A stretch of 64,000 nucleotides of DNA from positions 4,971,308 to 5,035,307 of the forward strand of contig MU061578.1 in the NCBI GenBank assembly GCA_013265495.1. Direction: 5' to 3'. Both the position numbers and the translations under genes were made by a program. This DNA comes from Vicugna vicugna (lineage: Eukaryota). Below, one piece after another: positions 60,892 through 64,000 of this stretch. Position 1 is the stretch's first letter; each line of letters opens with the position of its first letter. The notes beneath the pieces were generated by a model that was not told the origin of the DNA, did not search any database, and worked only from the letters and a program-made list of their open reading frames with translations.

Positions 60892-61834
60892 GTGAGTGCG
60901 CGGCGGCCGCCCTGGCGCGCCGGTCCGTCACCCGGCCGAGCGCGTCGGCCGCCGGGGCCCGGCGAGGCGGGGCGGCCGGCGGTCCCGGGGGCCGGGCGGT
61001 GCCTCACCTGCGGCTGGGCGGCCGGGCGGCCGGGCCGGGGACCTTTGGCGCCGTGGAGGCACCGCTTGGCCGCCGCGGGAAGCTCGGGCGCGAGTGCCGC
61101 GGACGCCGGCCCGGCGGGGGCGCTGACAGGCGCACGGAGGGCGGGGGAGGCCGAGGAGGTGTCACCGGCCCGTCGCGGTGGAAGTGCTGGGAAAGTTTGT
61201 TTTCGGCGCGGCCTGGAGCGGAGCCTCCGGGGCTATCTTTCGTTCTGTGGAGGAACCGCCCTGGGCCTTCACCTGGGATCGGGTCCTGGTGCCTCTGTTC
61301 GCAGCGAAAGCAGGAGGTGCGAGTTCTTCCTCAAAGCACCTGATGCTCGGGCCCCTCCGAATTCTCGATTGGGATGGAATCTGATCGACTCCGATACACG
61401 TCTTTCCTGGCCTCGCGGAGCGGCATTTGGATGCTTTTCCTGCCTTGAGGCTCCACTTTGGCATCGGCATCAGAGTGTTGGGAGCCTCCGGAAAGCCGGG
61501 CTTGAACCTACCACCGCGGGCAAGTGAGCGTGCCCGGGCGGAGATGTTAGAGCGAAGAAAAAAGATAAAGCACTTGTTGGGTTAAATGTTTTGGTGAAAG
61601 TATCGCTAGTGTTCCAGTGTTTTCTCTCTGTTGCTAAAAGTATCCCTGGTGTTTTTTTGCTTCCTTTCCTGTTAAGTTCTGGAGTCTTGGGAAGGTGATT
61701 TAAGGGTTTATACCTTGTATGCGAATGTGAAGTGGATGATGGAAGAATGTCTAGACAGCTTGAAAAATTTGGGTCAAAAGGCAGATCCCTTAAAATGAAG
61801 GAAGACCCAAGAAGTTTACTTGACCCATTATTTT

Positions 61835-62010
61835 CCGTGGTAACAACTTAATCTTTTTGAAGGGTCGTGAGCCCCTTTGAGACTCTGCGGGAAGGTCTGA
61901 GTGCCCTCCTATGAAAAACGCACAGCTACACCGTATTTTGTGATCACTACGGGAGGCTCTCGAACCTTTTCCAGGTCAACCGGGGACTTCAGGTTAAGAA
62001 CTCTGCTTTA
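61835..62010. mobile_element. Non-autonomous hAT (MER-type) element
   Basis: gggtcgtgagcccctttgagactctg...caggttaagaactctgctt resembles hAT-Charlie MER ends. Confidence 0.5.
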
Positions 62011-62734
62011 CAGAGATGGTTGATAATCTGAAGTCTGAGAGGAGGAGGACCTGTTCAGTTGAGAAAAACGGTGAAAAGCGAAGAGATGTCTTTGACTATT
62101 GCAACATGTGTGGCTGTACCCCGGGGTGCCTAGACTAATACACAGAAACACGAATTAGGTAGTTTGACGGACCTCAGTGAAGGCTGGGGCTGACAATGAT
62201 CATGGAAGTCTGTAAAATGAACTTTCACACAGTGATGCTATTACAATGCAAGGTGTGTACTCTGATGGCGCCTATGGGAAGAGGAAAAGAATATCTTCTC
62301 ATAGTCTTGGTAGTTCCATGTGATGGACATTTGACATCTGGAGTTTTCTTCGCAGAAGGCAGCTTTTTAGTGAAAAAATGCTGAAGTTCACCGAGAAAAA
62401 AATGAGTTACAGAATAAGTATCAACCTCCCGGTCAGGAAATGTTGTCTTCATCAGCTAGATTTCCCCACATGTACATGAGACTTTGCTGTCTTTACCGTC
62501 ACTCATGGCAGAGATGCCCCAAGTATGGGATTCTTCACCTGAGGACAGATAGATTTGCACTGTTGAAGTGAATTTGTACCTGAACTTTTAAAGAGGCACT
62601 TTATGAGAAGCCCTCTGTCTGAGTTGTTTTCCCATTTCTTTAAGTATATACCACCAACAGGGGGAGCGGTAGGAATTGGGAAGTCTGGAAATGGCCTGGC
62701 TCAATTTGACATTAAGGTGAGCCAGAGGCTGTAA

Positions 62735-62920
62735 GAACCATTTATTGAGCACTTACTTTAAGGCAGGGACTTTGCAAGATAGCTCACATGGTGTTGCTTG
62801 ACTTCTGTCTACAGTGTTGCGAGGTAGGTGTCATTCCCATTTTATAGGTGTGAAAACTGAAGTGCAGAGAGGTTAAGTACCTGCCTGGTTAATAGAGTGC
62901 AATTTGAACCCCCATCTGAG
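62735..62920 (-). mobile_element. MIR SINE, antisense
   Basis: catttattgagcacttac...cccattttataggtgtgaaaactgaagtgcagagaggttaag. Confidence 0.75.
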
Positions 62921-64000
62921 CAATGGCAGAGGCCTGAGTGCCACCCTGCCCTTCAAGTGAGGAGTGCCCCCAGGGAGGATCTGCTGGGCTGCTCAGTGCA
63001 GCACTTGGCCTAAGGAGGTCTTCAGTGCCACTGCCCAGGACATCTTCTCAGGGATTGTGTATGTCCTCTGACGCTGTGCTCGGGGCAGGAGGGGCATCTT
63101 GTCATGGAAAGACAGCACACTTATTTACTTCTTTGGGCAGATGGCTGAACTCTGTGACCCCTGGAGCCTGTTTCAGCTTCATGCTGTCAGAAAGCAGCTG
63201 TTTGGAAAGAGGCTCTGGTCCCTCCTTATTTGAGGGCTGATGTTCTCAGTGGGTGAGGCTTGACTCTTTTCTTCACAAAAAAGAACTGTGCAACGATTTT
63301 GTTAAAGGTAAAATTGTCGATCAGGTAGAGTGGTTCCCTGCACACTCTAGGGTGGCTCTGTCTTTTGCAAGTATGGCTGAGTCTGTGTGGGAGGGCAGTG
63401 GGGAAGGCAGAGAACAGGGAAAGAAATGGGTTCTGATTTTCACATGCCCTTTTAGGTAGCTTCTCATTATGTGGCCTCATGCAGTGGATGCATTTCTGTC
63501 CCTGTGACGTCCCTGACAGCAGTTATGAGCTGAGTCCAGAGCTGGCAAGGTGAGGTCCCCATACTAATACAAGGTGGAAGCGTAGGTTTGTTTTACTCTT
63601 CATATGTGCGTTTTGTAAGAAGGATCACCGCAGCAGCTTGCTGAGATATGTGACCTGAAGAGAGGCCTTGGGCAGCTCTTTAAAGCAGGACTTGGCCTCT
63701 CGGCTGCCTTTAGCACAGTTTTGGGGAGCAGGAAAAGGCAGATGTGGAGTGAGTCCCCCTTTTCAATCTGTGCCCTCGTCCCTTGAGCCACTTAATGTAG
63801 GGTTTGCGTGCATGTAGGGCAAGTGTGTAATGGACAGGGAAGTGCTGCAGAAGTGCACGGGGTCAAACAGGGTCAGTCCCTTCTGATAGTGTGAGGAAAA
63901 CTGTCACAGGCACTACACTTTACCCTTCTTATGGAGTATTTTCTGTGGAAATGGACTTTGATGGAATCCCATGTGATACGTCACTTCTGTGACTGCAGAG

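Larger units (their letters stand above)
60370..61560 (+). promoter_or_regulatory. PDPK1: PDPK1 CpG-island promoter (ETS/GABP sites 60602 and 60692; GC boxes; MIR remnant ~60380-60500)
   Basis: Very high CpG; CCGGAAAT and GCGGAAGT motifs. Confidence 0.85.

Noticed and set aside
60658..61527. 289-aa ORF spanning PDPK1 exon 1
   Set aside because: GTG-initiated read-through of GC-rich leader and intron; only MARTTSQL is real coding sequence

Overview
Mammalian genomic DNA, very probably a camelid (six tRNA-Ala-derived Vic-1-type SINEs), syntenic with human 16p13.3. Five genes lie in tandem on the + strand, reconstructed exon by exon from GT-AG junctions: NTN3 (6 coding exons, 580 aa), TBC1D24 (7 coding exons including an 18-nt microexon, 559 aa), ATP6V0C (3 exons, 155 aa), AMDHD2 (11 exons, 409 aa) and the first coding exon of PDPK1. 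Most ORFs in the supplied track are GC-rich noise. The most notable observations are: a disabled (stops plus frameshift) homologue of human CEMP1 downstream of AMDHD2; an orphan CpG island with a MIR-like element keeping a perfect Pol III B-box; a fossil hAT-Charlie transposase behind TBC1D24; uORFs in TBC1D24 and PDPK1; in-frame read-through splice phases for TBC1D24>ATP6V0C and ATP6V0C>AMDHD2; a ~260-bp ATP6V0C/AMDHD2 junction packing a polyA signal, G-tracts and three E-boxes; and three inverted SINE pairs. No wholly new biological system is demonstrable from sequence alone. Comparisons with human sequences and repeat families are from memory and need alignment.
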